The position numbers and the translations under genes are program-made. This document shows positions 8,357-18,217 of a stretch of 32,970 nucleotides of DNA, piece by piece. This DNA comes from Candidatus Nanosalinarum sp. J07AB56 (lineage in GTDB: Archaea > Nanohalarchaeota > Nanosalinia > Nanosalinales > Nanosalinaceae), in NCBI GenBank assembly GCA_000220355.1, contig GL982569.1, positions 497,430-530,399 of the forward strand, in the 5' to 3' direction. Below the pieces are notes generated by a model. It had not been told where the DNA came from, did no database searches, and saw nothing but the letters and a program-made list of their open reading frames with translations. Each line of letters begins with the position of its first letter. Position 1 is the stretch's first letter.

Positions 8357-8462
8357 GTAATCGATAGCACCAAGAGTTTGACAGCCTTGAGGGAAGGTCA
8401 GTATTACTCGGACTACCAACTGTAGCAGACTAATGATTGTCTCCATAGTTCGCACATGAAAA

Positions 8463-8617
8463 TATAACCAGTTGGTACAATGCGGTTGTACAAGCCGGTT
8501 ATACGTATAACCAGCTTATACAAGTCGGTTATACAAACCGGTTATATCTATAAGTCGGTTGTACAAGCTGGTTATACTCATAACCCGGTTATACAAACGG
8601 GTTATATTTTTGGTACC
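8463..8617. repeat. Iteron-like array of about nine to ten degenerate (C)GGTTRTAY(A) units
   Basis: The array includes a 16-bp perfect palindrome GGTTATACGTATAACC (8497-8512). Two exact 13-bp direct-repeat pairs are present: CGGTTGTACAAGC at 8483 and 8555, and CGGTTATACAAAC at about 8526 and 8586. The palindromic variant GTTATAAC recurs twice inside the DUE at about 8754-8763 and 8793-8803. Confidence 0.7.
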
Positions 8618-8699
8618 TCCGAGGCGGTGAAGGCGCGATTGTGGAGCGGTATAACCTGTTTATAGTCAGGCGTCCTTCCTGAGAAGCCCGTTTTTGGGC

Positions 8700-8880
8700 G
8701 CGAGAGCGATTGACCGACACCCCCCTTGGTTTCGGGTGGAGATTACTAATGGCGAGAAGATCGTCGTTATAACCAATTTATAATTTATTAATCGGTTATA
8801 ACGTACTCTTTGGGAATTATCTCATCTCCACCCGAAACCAAGGGGTGTAAACGCCGAACCTTGGTTTCATGTGGAGGGGT
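8700..8880. promoter_or_regulatory. Replication origin core (oriC): two inverted ORBs flank an AT-rich DUE of about 90 bp, with a third mini-ORB overlapping the orc1 start region
   Basis: ORB1 is on the bottom strand at about 8707-8733 (CACCCCCTTGGTTTCGGGTGGAGAT). ORB2 at 8824-8848 is its inverted copy (ATCTCCACCCGAAACCAAGGGGTGT). Both fit the archaeal ORB consensus TCCA-N3-GAAAC-N2-AGGGGT. The mini-ORB ACCTTGGTTTCATGTGGAG (8858-8876) lacks the G-string. The DUE at 8734-8823 is strongly A/T-rich, and orc1 lies immediately downstream. Confidence 0.75.
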
Positions 8881-8915
8881 TTATACCCTTGATGTTCGCA
8901 TGCGTAGACACGGGG

Positions 8916-10130
8916 ATGGACCAAGAGGAGCTGAATGAGATGTTCACCGAGTATGCCGACAAGCCATCGGTGTTCGACAACAAGGAGGCATTGACCACCA
9001 ACTGGAACCCTGATGAGATACTACACAGGGACGACCAGATAAACGAACTCGCCTCAATCCTTGCACCCGCACTCAAGGGCGAGGATCCCAGCAACGTGTT
9101 TATCTACGGCAGCGTCGGCACGGGGAAGACCTTGATAGCTAGGCACGTGACTGGTGAACTCGGCTCCGTCGCGCAGAACCAGGAGGCTGACCTCGACGTC
9201 GTATACGTCAACTGTAAGATGAAGAAGGTCTCCGATACCGAGTACAGGCTTTTGGCGGAACTTGCCAGGGAGATGGGTGAGGAGGTACCTAACACAGGAC
9301 TCTCAACCGATGAGGTGTACTCCAGGTTTTTCGATGCACTGAAAGGACAAGAGAGCGTCGTCATAGTGGTCTTGGACGAGATAGACGCCTTGGTCAAGAA
9401 GGTCGGCGACGACTTCCTCTACAACCTGACCCGCATCAACGACGACCTCGACGACACGAGAGTATCCATACTCGGAATCTCGAACGACGTATCTTTCACC
9501 GACTACATGGACTCGCGAGTGGAGTCGTCCCTCTGCGAGGAAGAGATGATATTCCCTCCGTACAACGCGTTGGAGCTCTCGGAGATACTTGAACACCGCA
9601 CCAACGAGGGACTCAAAAACGGAATCCTGGAGGACGGCGTGATATCGAAGGTATCGGCGTTGACCGCCTCAGAGCACGGCGACGCCAGGAAGGCCCTTAA
9701 CCTGCTGAGGGTGGCAGGCGAGCTCGCGGAGCGCGGGAACGAACAGAACATAGCTGCCGACCACGTGGATCGCGCCCAGGAGGAGATAGAGAGAAACAAG
9801 ATAGTCGAAACCATCAGAGGTCAGCCCAAGCAGAGCCGCCTCGTCCTCTACACCATACTAAGGATGCTGGAGGACGATGATACAGACCAGGTCGCCACTG
9901 GAGAGGTCTACTCCAGGTACGAGGAGATATGCAGCGAGGCAGGCGAGTCCTGTATCACGCAGCGTAGGGTCTCCGACCTCATCTCGGAGCTCGACATGCT
10001 CGGCGTAATCAAGGCAAAGGTCATATCGAAAGGTGCCTACGGCAGAACCAGGCAGATATCGGTAGATCACTCGAGCAAAATCCAGCGCCAACTCAAGAAC
10101 ATGGTCGAGGATAGGTTCTACCTCGCATGA
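8916..10130 (+). CDS. orc1: Orc1/Cdc6 replication initiator (AAA+ ATPase with C-terminal winged helix)
   Basis: Walker A is GSVGTGKT and Walker B is VVLDEID. Sensor and wH regions are present. The N-terminus is typical Orc1 (ILHRDDQINELASILAPALKG). I chose the start at the ATG at 8916 (MDQEELNEMF); the track's GTG at 8871 lies inside the mini-ORB. Confidence 0.9.
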   Translation: MDQEELNEMFTEYADKPSVFDNKEALTTNWNPDEILHRDDQINELASILAPALKGEDPSNVFIYGSVGTGKTLIARHVTGELGSVAQNQEADLDVVYVNCKMKKVSDTEYRLLAELAREMGEEVPNTGLSTDEVYSRFFDALKGQESVVIVVLDEIDALVKKVGDDFLYNLTRINDDLDDTRVSILGISNDVSFTDYMDSRVESSLCEEEMIFPPYNALELSEILEHRTNEGLKNGILEDGVISKVSALTASEHGDARKALNLLRVAGELAERGNEQNIAADHVDRAQEEIERNKIVETIRGQPKQSRLVLYTILRMLEDDDTDQVATGEVYSRYEEICSEAGESCITQRRVSDLISELDMLGVIKAKVISKGAYGRTRQISVDHSSKIQRQLKNMVEDRFYLA

Positions 10131-11674
10131 ACAGGGAGGCCCTTCGACAGCTCACGGAGATAGGTATCAACGTCGCGCCGGAGGCCGCGCAGCGCCTCGA
10201 GGAGAACGATATTGAGAGGATTCAGAGGCTTGACACCGATCCAATGTATCTTTCGGGCCCGATGCTCGACAGGCTCCGCGAGGCGGTGGATCTGCCCTCG
10301 GAGGTAGAGGTGGAGTCGAAGGATCAGGTTGTTGTGCAGAGCCAGAGCGATGGACAGCAGAACGCAGGTGGTGCAAAGCAGGAAACCCATACGGACTCGG
10401 ACTCCGCCCGGAACGTGGGCGGCGGAATCGAGCTCGAGGACAGCGGACGCAGAAACAGTTTGGAAACAAAGGTGGAGATCCTGGACGACCACGAGATAAC
10501 GAAGAAGGAGAAGGATGTCCCCGAGTTTCTCGAGTACTACAACGACCGGTACGACAGAATGAAGGAGATGCTGACCCGCAGGAAAGAGCTGCAGTCAGCC
10601 ACAACACTGAACCGCCTGTCGCGGCGCGACGAGGGAGAACAGGCGGCAGCAATCGGACTGGTCTCCGACAAGTACTCCACCAACTCCGGCAGATACATCG
10701 TCGAGCTCCAGGACAAGACCGGCTCGTTCAAGGTTCTCGTCGACGGCGACGAGGGCGACCGCCTGGTCCCGGACGAGGTCATAGGTGTCACGGGCTCGAT
10801 GGGCGATGACATCGTGTTCGCGAACCAGGTGGTGCACCCCGATCTCCCGATTCCCGACGGTGTCAACACCACGCAGCAGGAGGTCCAAGCAGCCTACATC
10901 TCCGACCTGCACATCGGGTCACAGGACACGATGCACGACGCCCTCGACAGGTTCGGTGACTGGCTCCGCAGCGACGAGGCGTCCAACATCGGCTACCTTG
11001 TTATCGCAGGCGACATCGTAGAGGGTGTTGGCGTGTATCCAGGCCAGGAGGAAGAGCTTGAGATAACGGACGTGTACAGGCAGTACCGCCGATTCGAGGA
11101 GTGGGCAGAAAAGCTGCCTGACAGAATCGAGCTGATTATCGGCCCAGGCAACCACGACGTGGTGAGGCTGGCGGAGCCGCAACCTACTCTGCCGGAGAAG
11201 GCGTTCGACAACATACACACCTGGGACAACGTGCACCTCGTCCAGAACCCTCAGACCGTCCGGCTCCACGGCATCCGGAGCCAGGGCATCAAACACCTCA
11301 TGTACCACGGAATGAGCTACGACGACCACGTGTCCCGAATCAAGGAGCTGAGGGAAAACGCCTACGACCAGCCGGAGTACGTCATGGAGGATCTGCTGAA
11401 ACGGAGGCATGTCGCACCGAGCTACGGCTCCAACCCGCTGTCACCGGAAGGAACCGATGCCATGGTAATCGAGCACGAGCCCGATGTATTCGTCTCGGGC
11501 CACTTCCACAGCCACTGCGACGAGTCCTACAAAGGAGTCAACATGATATGCTCCAGCTCGTTCCAGTCCCAGACAGACTACCAGAAACGGGTCGGTCACC
11601 AGCCACAGCCAGGCATAGTAACAATAATGGACTTCGAAACCAGGAAAACCACAACAAAGAAATTCAAGCAATAA
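10127..11674 (+). CDS. polD1: DNA polymerase D (PolD/Pol II) small subunit DP1, an Mre11-like calcineurin phosphoesterase
   Basis: The sequence shows GDIVEGVGVYPGQ...IGPGNHD...VSGHFHS. The start ATG overlaps the orc1 stop (ATGA), so this is an operon. Confidence 0.9.
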   Translation: MNREALRQLTEIGINVAPEAAQRLEENDIERIQRLDTDPMYLSGPMLDRLREAVDLPSEVEVESKDQVVVQSQSDGQQNAGGAKQETHTDSDSARNVGGGIELEDSGRRNSLETKVEILDDHEITKKEKDVPEFLEYYNDRYDRMKEMLTRRKELQSATTLNRLSRRDEGEQAAAIGLVSDKYSTNSGRYIVELQDKTGSFKVLVDGDEGDRLVPDEVIGVTGSMGDDIVFANQVVHPDLPIPDGVNTTQQEVQAAYISDLHIGSQDTMHDALDRFGDWLRSDEASNIGYLVIAGDIVEGVGVYPGQEEELEITDVYRQYRRFEEWAEKLPDRIELIIGPGNHDVVRLAEPQPTLPEKAFDNIHTWDNVHLVQNPQTVRLHGIRSQGIKHLMYHGMSYDDHVSRIKELRENAYDQPEYVMEDLLKRRHVAPSYGSNPLSPEGTDAMVIEHEPDVFVSGHFHSHCDESYKGVNMICSSSFQSQTDYQKRVGHQPQPGIVTIMDFETRKTTTKKFKQ

Positions 11675-11677
11675 CAC

Positions 11678-14600
11678 GTGGAAACAGACGAATACTTCTC
11701 GCACGTACGAGAGAAAACCGAGGAAGCCTACGAGGTCGCTGAACAGGCCCGGGACCAGTCGAAGGACCCGGAGCAGCGCATAGATATACCGGTAGCAGAA
11801 GACCTCCCGGAGAAGGCCTCGTCCCTAGTCGTCGCGGCGAAGTTCCCGGAGCTGGAGGACACCGGGGTCGCGGAAAGAATCCGCGAACTGGAGAACGAGT
11901 ACGGGAAGAACGACGAGCGCGTCTCCTTCCAGATAGGGTCGGAGATAGCCGACGGCAGGTTCCACGACTTCGACGACCTCGAGAGAGCGTGCAACGCAGG
12001 TGTCCGCGTAGGAGTATCCTACATGACCGGAGGTATCACGACAGCGCCGCTGGAGGGAATCGCGGACGTCAACATACGCGAGAACGAGGACGGCTCGGAC
12101 TACCTCTCCGTGTACTACTCAGGGCCGATACGCTCCGCCGGGGGAACGGCCTCGGCGATGAGCGTCCTCCTCGCGGACCATGTCCGAAACACTGTAGGAC
12201 TAGACAGGTTCAAGCCGTCCGACACCATAGTCAAGCGCTACGCCACCGAGGTCGACGACTACTACAACAGGGTGACTGCGAAGCAGTACAAACCAGAGCG
12301 CGAGGAGACCGAATTCATATCGGAACACGTTCCTGTGGAGGTCACCGGTGGTCCGACGCGCGACATCGAGGTCTCCAACCACAAAGATCTCGACAGGGTC
12401 GACACAAACCAGATACGCGGAGGCATGTGCCTCGTATACCTCGACGGCCTCCCCTTGAAGGCCTCAAAAATCAAGAAACGCATCAAGTCGTGGGGAGAGG
12501 AGTTCGGACTGGAGCACTGGAAGTGGATAGAGGACTACATCGACCTCCAAGAGGAGATACACAGCAGCGGAGGCGACGAAGAAAGCGATGGGGAAGGCGA
12601 CGAGCCGGACTACACGGCCTCCGACAAGTTCCTCGACTCCTTGACCGCCGGCAGACCGGTGTTCGCCCACCCCGGAAGGAAGGGCGGGTTCAGACTGAGG
12701 TACGGGTCCTCGAGAACGAACGGGCTCGCCGCCGCAGCGTTCCACCCAGCTACCATGGAGATAACCGAGGGATTCATAGCCACCGGAACCCAGCTCAAGG
12801 TGGAGTACCCGATGAAGGGAACCGTGTCGGTGCCGTGCGACTCCATCCACGGCCCGGTAGTCCGGCTAGAGGACGGCTCCGTCGAAAGGATCGACACACG
12901 CGACCGCGCGAAACAGGTGGTCGACGACGTCGACGAGATACTGTTCCTCGGCGACATGCTTGTGCCGTACGGCGAGTTCGTGGAGAACGGCAAGGACCTG
13001 CTGCCGAGCCCGTATGTCGAGGAGTGGTGGCAGAAAGAGCTCGAGGAAGCCCTCGAAGGAAACCGGCAAGAAGCTGGGTAAGGACTTCTCCGACACCACT
13101 CCGACGCCCGAAGAAGCGTTCAAGATATCGGAACACCTCGACATACCTCTCCACCCGCACTGGACATACCACTGGGACGAGACCACGCCAGAGAGATTCA
13201 GACAGCTCGTCGAAGGAATCCGCAGCGACGACCTCAAAAGCGCAAAGCCCGCCCTAGAAGATCTGCTAGTGCCGCATACCGCTGAGGACGGGCGCATCCG
13301 GCTTCCGGGAAACCACAGAACAGTCCTAGAACACCTGCTTCCGCGAGAGAACGAGCTCGAAGGCCTCCAGACAGGTAGCGACATCAAGGAGCTCGTGGAG
13401 GAGTCATCGGGCCTCGAGCTCGGTGACCAGGCACCCCACTACCTCGGGGCGAGAATGGGAAGGCCAGAAAAGGCGGAGAAACGCACCATACAGGGAGACC
13501 CCCAGATCCTGTTCCCGTGCGGAAAGGAAGAGGGAGGCAGAATGCGGAACCTGGTGGAGAGCTACGAGTCCGGAACCGTCGATGAGTCAATAATCCACAA
13601 CGTCGACCCGGAGACCGGCGACACCGTGCACTACTCCTGGAACCCGGAGACCGGCAATCCCGCGGAACCAATCTATATCTGCCAGAGCTGCGGAAACCAG
13701 CACTCCGAGGAGACCGAGTCCTGCGAGAGCTGCGGAAACGACCGCATCGAGCGCTACACCTACACGGACATACCGGTAGAGCAGATGATGGATCGGGCGC
13801 TCGACAACCTCGACACCCAGCTACCTGACCTCCTGAAATCGGTGCGGGGAATGAGCTCCAAGCACAAACACGTCGAACCCCTAGAAAAAGGCCTGCTGCG
13901 GGAAAAATACGACCTATACGTCAACAAAGACGGCACAGTCCGGTACGACGCCACCGACATACCCATGACCCACTTCACCCCCGAAGAGGTCTCCGTCTCA
14001 CCAGAGAAGCTCCGGGAGATAGGCTACACACACGACATCGACGGGGAACCACTCGAAAACAGCAACCAGGTCCTGGAGATGAAGCCACAGGACATCGTCA
14101 TACCAGAAGGCAACGAGAACCCCGCCTCCAGGTTCATGTTGGGTGTCGCCCAGTTCATCGACGACCTACTCGAACAGTTCTACGGACTTGAACCATTCTA
14201 CAACGCCGATTCCAAAGAAGACCTGGTCGGTGAACTAGTTATCGGTCTCGCGCCCCACACATCAGGGGGTACCGTGGGCCGAATAATAGGATTTACAGAC
14301 GCCAAAGGCATCTACAGCCACCCGTACTGGCACGCCGCCAAACGAAGGAACTGCTTTGACCCAGACACAAAGCTGTGGTACAGGAAGAACGGCGAATGGA
14401 GATTTGAGCCCGCAGAAAACATGGTGGAAGAAAATATCGGTGAAGATCCCGAGACGGACGACTTCGGCAACCGCTTCCAGACCCCTCATGAAGACCTCTA
14501 CGTCCCAAGTGTGTCGAAAAGTGGAGACACAGAGATAAAACCTGTCGAGAAGCTGTCCAAACACCAGCCAACAGAAACGATGCTGGAAATCCGCACGACG

Positions 14601-16619
14601 ACAGGCGAGACCATAACGGTTACAGAAGACCACAGGATGCAGTTTATCGAAGACAACAAGGTCAAGAAGAAGAGGGCCTCGAAAGTTCAGGAGGGAGATT
14701 CTATACCTGTTCCCTCAAGTCTGGAACTGAGCGGCGAATATCGAACCATCGACCTGCTGGAGCACGTAGCGGAGACCGACACGATACCGAACTCCCGCGT
14801 GATGGTGTCACTCAAGGAGAGCACCATAAAGAGCATCCTGAAACAAAGAACCGGGAGCGAGCAGTACCTCTCCGCTACAGAGGACATGGTATCTGTTGGT
14901 CGAAAGGCGATATCCAACTACGTCTACAGGGAGAGCGTGCCTGTATCTCTGCTGGAAGAGGTTCTTGGACGCGAACAGATGCTCGACCGAATCCCCCGCG
15001 ACGCGGAACTAAGCATGGAGTCGGACAACACCAGCGTGTCGAGGACAGTAGAACTAAACGCCAGGCTCTCGACCTTCTTAGGATACTACGCCGCTGAAGG
15101 CTTCACCGGCGAGAGAGACACATCCAAAGGACCGATATACCAGACCAGCATATCAGCACACGAGAAACAGATCAGGGACTTTGCGAAGGAGGTATTCAGA
15201 GAGGAACTGGGTGCATCTCCCTACGAGGAGAACGAGCACAAGATCACCGCATCAGGCAGACTCCTCAATTTCCTGTTCGACGAAGTGCTGAACGCGGGAA
15301 GGAGATCATACACGAAACGGGTTCCCCAGCAGGTCTTCTCCTCGCCCGACGACATCATAGGACATTTCCTCTCCGGCTACTTCAGCGGAGACGGATCTGC
15401 CTCGAGTAGTAGTCCCGATGTCAAAGCCTCCACGGTCAGTGAGGAGCTCAAAACAGATCTCAACGCACTGCTGCAGAGACTGGGAATCTCAGCCACAAAC
15501 ACGGTGAAAGACGGCATCAAACTCAAGCAACAGTTCCCCGACTTCTACGACGAGGACTGTGAAAGGGAAGCTAGGCCGATACACAAGATACGGATTACAT
15601 CCACAGATGCCAAAAAATACAGAGAGAAAGCGGGCTTCCACCTAGAGAGAAAACAGGAAGCACTCGATCAATCCATCCGGCAGACCGAAACAAACGGCGG
15701 CAGACCGGACAACGTCGGCGACATGCGTCACGCAGAGGTGGAGTCGATATCAGAAAAGGAACACGGAGACCACACCTACTGCCTGACAGTGGAGGACAAC
15801 CACTCAGTGATAGCCGACAACATAGCTGTTGGCCAGTGCGACGGCGACGAGGACGCGATTCTGATGCTTATGGACGGTCTGCTGAACTTTTCGCGCCAGT
15901 TCCTGCCTGACGTCACCGGAGCAAGAACAATGGATGCGCCCCTGATACTATCCACTGTGTTGAACCCTGACGAGATCGATGACGAGGCGTGGGCTATGGA
16001 GACGGTGTCGGAGTATCCGCTGCAGTTCTACAGGGAGACGCAGGAGTACAAGGCGCCGTGGGAGCTGGACTGCGATGTCGAGATAGGTGAGGATATCGTG
16101 CACAGCGACGAGCCGTTTGACCACGGATACACCCACGAGACCTCGAGCGTGGAGGACGCGCCGATGGAGTCCGCCTACGTCTCGCTGGGCGAGATGTCGG
16201 AGAAGACGTCGGAACAGCTCGGACTGGGCAAGAGGACGAAGGCCGTGGACGAGGACGCCGCGGCGGAGCTCCTGTTGAAGAAGCATTTCCTGCCTGATAT
16301 CCGTGGAAACCTGTCGTCGTTCTCCGAGCAGGAGATGCGGTGCGTTGACTGCAACGAGAAGTTCCGCCGTGTACCGATGACCTCGCAGAAGATAGCCGCC
16401 ACCGGCAAGACAACGGCTCAGTGCCCGGAATGCGGCGGCGATGTCCTCCTCACCATATCGGAGGGAACGATCCGGAAGTACATGCAGCCGTCGAAGGACA
16501 TAATCGAGGAGTACGAGGTGTCTCCGTACACCCGCCAGCAGATACTCAACATCGACAAGGAGCTCAAGGCGCTGTTCGGCAAGAACGAACGCCAGTCGGG
16601 CCTGGGCAACTTCGCATAG
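11678..16619 (+). CDS. polD2: DNA polymerase D large subunit DP2, interrupted by a +1 frame disruption near 13049-13081 and containing a 495-aa intein (14352-15836)
   Basis: The N-terminal 467 aa lie in frame 2 (track ORF 11678-13081). The remainder lies in frame 0 (track ORF 12960-16619), and the first 35 aa of that ORF are R-rich nonsense. The hallmark catalytic motif HAAKRRN|CDGDED is split by the intein. The C-terminal Zn-finger is present (CVDCNEKF...CPECGG). Confidence 0.85.
14352..15836 (+). mobile_element. Intein (495 aa) with a LAGLIDADG homing-endonuclease domain, inserted at the KRRN/CDGDED site of PolD DP2; its C-terminal residue is Gln, not Asn
   Basis: It starts with Cys1 (CFDPDTKLWY, block A). 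Two LAGLIDADG-type motifs are present: FLGYYAAEGF and FLSGYFSGDGSA. It ends ...DNIAVGQ, and the next residue is Cys+1 of CDGDEDA. The extein junction recreates the conserved KRRNCDGDED motif exactly. The junction coordinates were checked codon by codon. Confidence 0.85.
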
Positions 16620-16668
16620 CTACCGCCTCAAATGGCTGCTGAGACCTCCGAACACGGTACGGGAAACC

Positions 16669-18117
16669 TCACGCAGAATCGCCCTTTGATCTTCTCCGAG
16701 CACGCGGCGAAACCCCGCCCAATAGTATGCACTCGCGCAAGCCAGAAACACAGCTCCGGCCGCGATCAAACCGTTGAAATGCTTGGACAACAGCGGTCGA
16801 CACGAGTACAAGAGCTCCCAGGCAAGCCAACCACAGGTGTGCAGCTCTAAACGGCGACAGACCAGTAACCCTGTACACCGCCCCTACCTCCAACACGTTG
16901 TTCAAGAACAGTGACGCCGCGCCCGAGGCCGCCAGCCCGACCACACCGAGCTCCCGGGTAAGTAGAATAGCTGGTCCTGCCATCAGCGTTACCACACCGG
17001 CCTGGACCACTATACTTGTTCTCTGATTGTCAGTCATCTTCAGCAGATTCCCTACACTACCGACCGCCCCGGCCGCGAGCTCGCTGAGAACCAGCGCCGG
17101 TAGAACCACGGCGTTCGATACATACCTAGTTGAGAAGATCCCAAGAATCTCAGGTGCGAAAACAATGCCCGCGACCGCCACCGGAATCGACACAAAAACT
17201 ATACACACCGATGTGCTGGAGTAAAGCGATCCGAGTGCATCCCTTCTCCCGTCCTGATATAGAGACGTCATGATCGGAGGAAAGATCTGGTTGACTGCCT
17301 CGAGCGGCCACCTAATCACCCCGGACAGGGTGTAGGCGAGGCTGAACAGCCCTGCTTCTAACGGGTTCAAGAACACCGCCATCAGCACAAACACACCGGA
17401 GAACTGTATGGTTGCGAGAACGCTCACCACACTGGCCTCCGACACATATCTGAGGAACTCCACTACCGTATCGGAGAAACTTCGATCAAGTACCAGCCCG
17501 TGGAGGCTATGGATTCTAGCCCCTACTACAATCGATACCACACCGACAGAAAATGAGATCGCTGCCCACGTACCCAATAGACCGACGCCCGCCACACCCG
17601 CACCAACCGCCCCCACAAGCATCCCAAGCGGAAACCCTACTGATTTCGAGAGATTCAACTCAGTTATTCTTCTATGGCTCTCGAAGATGCCTGTGTACAC
17701 CGGAAAGAACAGGAAAGGTAGGCAGAGAAACCCGAACACTGAGACCGCGGTGGTTTCACTCTGCGTCAGACCGGTAGCGGCAACGACCTCTTCCGGGAAA
17801 GTCGCGAAAATCCCCGATATAGCGACCCACAGAAGCAGTGCAACAGGGATGGATGCCGTGACAACGGCGTCCTGCGCACGCTCCGGAACTCTCGGCACCG
17901 TCCGTATGATGCCGAACTTAAGACCTGAGAGCGTTGACACAATTATCCGTTGAAACCTCAGGAATATCGACAACAGACCGTATAGACCCGCCCCGGCAGC
18001 TGATATGAACGCGTAGCTCAGGGAGCTCCTGAGCAGTGTTCTCAGAACTATAGAACCCATCGCCACCGCAGAGCTCTGACCGATCTGACCCAGCTCCTCC
18101 TTCACCCTCTCATCCAT
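16669..18117 (-). CDS. Polysaccharide biosynthesis / oligosaccharide flippase (MOP/Wzx-like polytopic membrane protein)
   Basis: The protein is 482 aa with 12-14 TM segments. Its organisation and length are typical of MOP-superfamily flippases. Confidence 0.6.
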   Translation of the reverse strand: MDERVKEELGQIGQSSAVAMGSIVLRTLLRSSLSYAFISAAGAGLYGLLSIFLRFQRIIVSTLSGLKFGIIRTVPRVPERAQDAVVTASIPVALLLWVAISGIFATFPEEVVAATGLTQSETTAVSVFGFLCLPFLFFPVYTGIFESHRRITELNLSKSVGFPLGMLVGAVGAGVAGVGLLGTWAAISFSVGVVSIVVGARIHSLHGLVLDRSFSDTVVEFLRYVSEASVVSVLATIQFSGVFVLMAVFLNPLEAGLFSLAYTLSGVIRWPLEAVNQIFPPIMTSLYQDGRRDALGSLYSSTSVCIVFVSIPVAVAGIVFAPEILGIFSTRYVSNAVVLPALVLSELAAGAVGSVGNLLKMTDNQRTSIVVQAGVVTLMAGPAILLTRELGVVGLAASGAASLFLNNVLEVGAVYRVTGLSPFRAAHLWLACLGALVLVSTAVVQAFQRFDRGRSCVSGLRECILLGGVSPRARRRSKGDSA

Positions 18118-18217
18118 ACTGGCTAAGTGGCATGCCCCCAGTTAAGTCAGCCCGTGATCTAGGAGGCGATGGACCCAGCGATGGGTTTTAACCGCTGAGA
18201 AACCGATATCTCCACCT

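Noticed and set aside
8463-8665. CRISPR array or protein-coding interpretation (track ORF 8480-8665) of the GGTTRTAC repeat region
   Set aside because: The units are only 8-13 bp, irregularly spaced and lack unique spacers, so this is not a CRISPR array. The 61-aa ORF is merely a translation of the repeats (YKSVIQTGYIYKSVVQAGY...).
12960-13081. Natural split of PolD DP2 into two separately translated polypeptides
   Set aside because: The downstream frame has no ATG, GTG or TTG between the ORF1 stop and about 13270. The frame-0 sequence upstream of the junction is nonsense. The conserved sequence is continuous across the junction only if a +1 shift is assumed.
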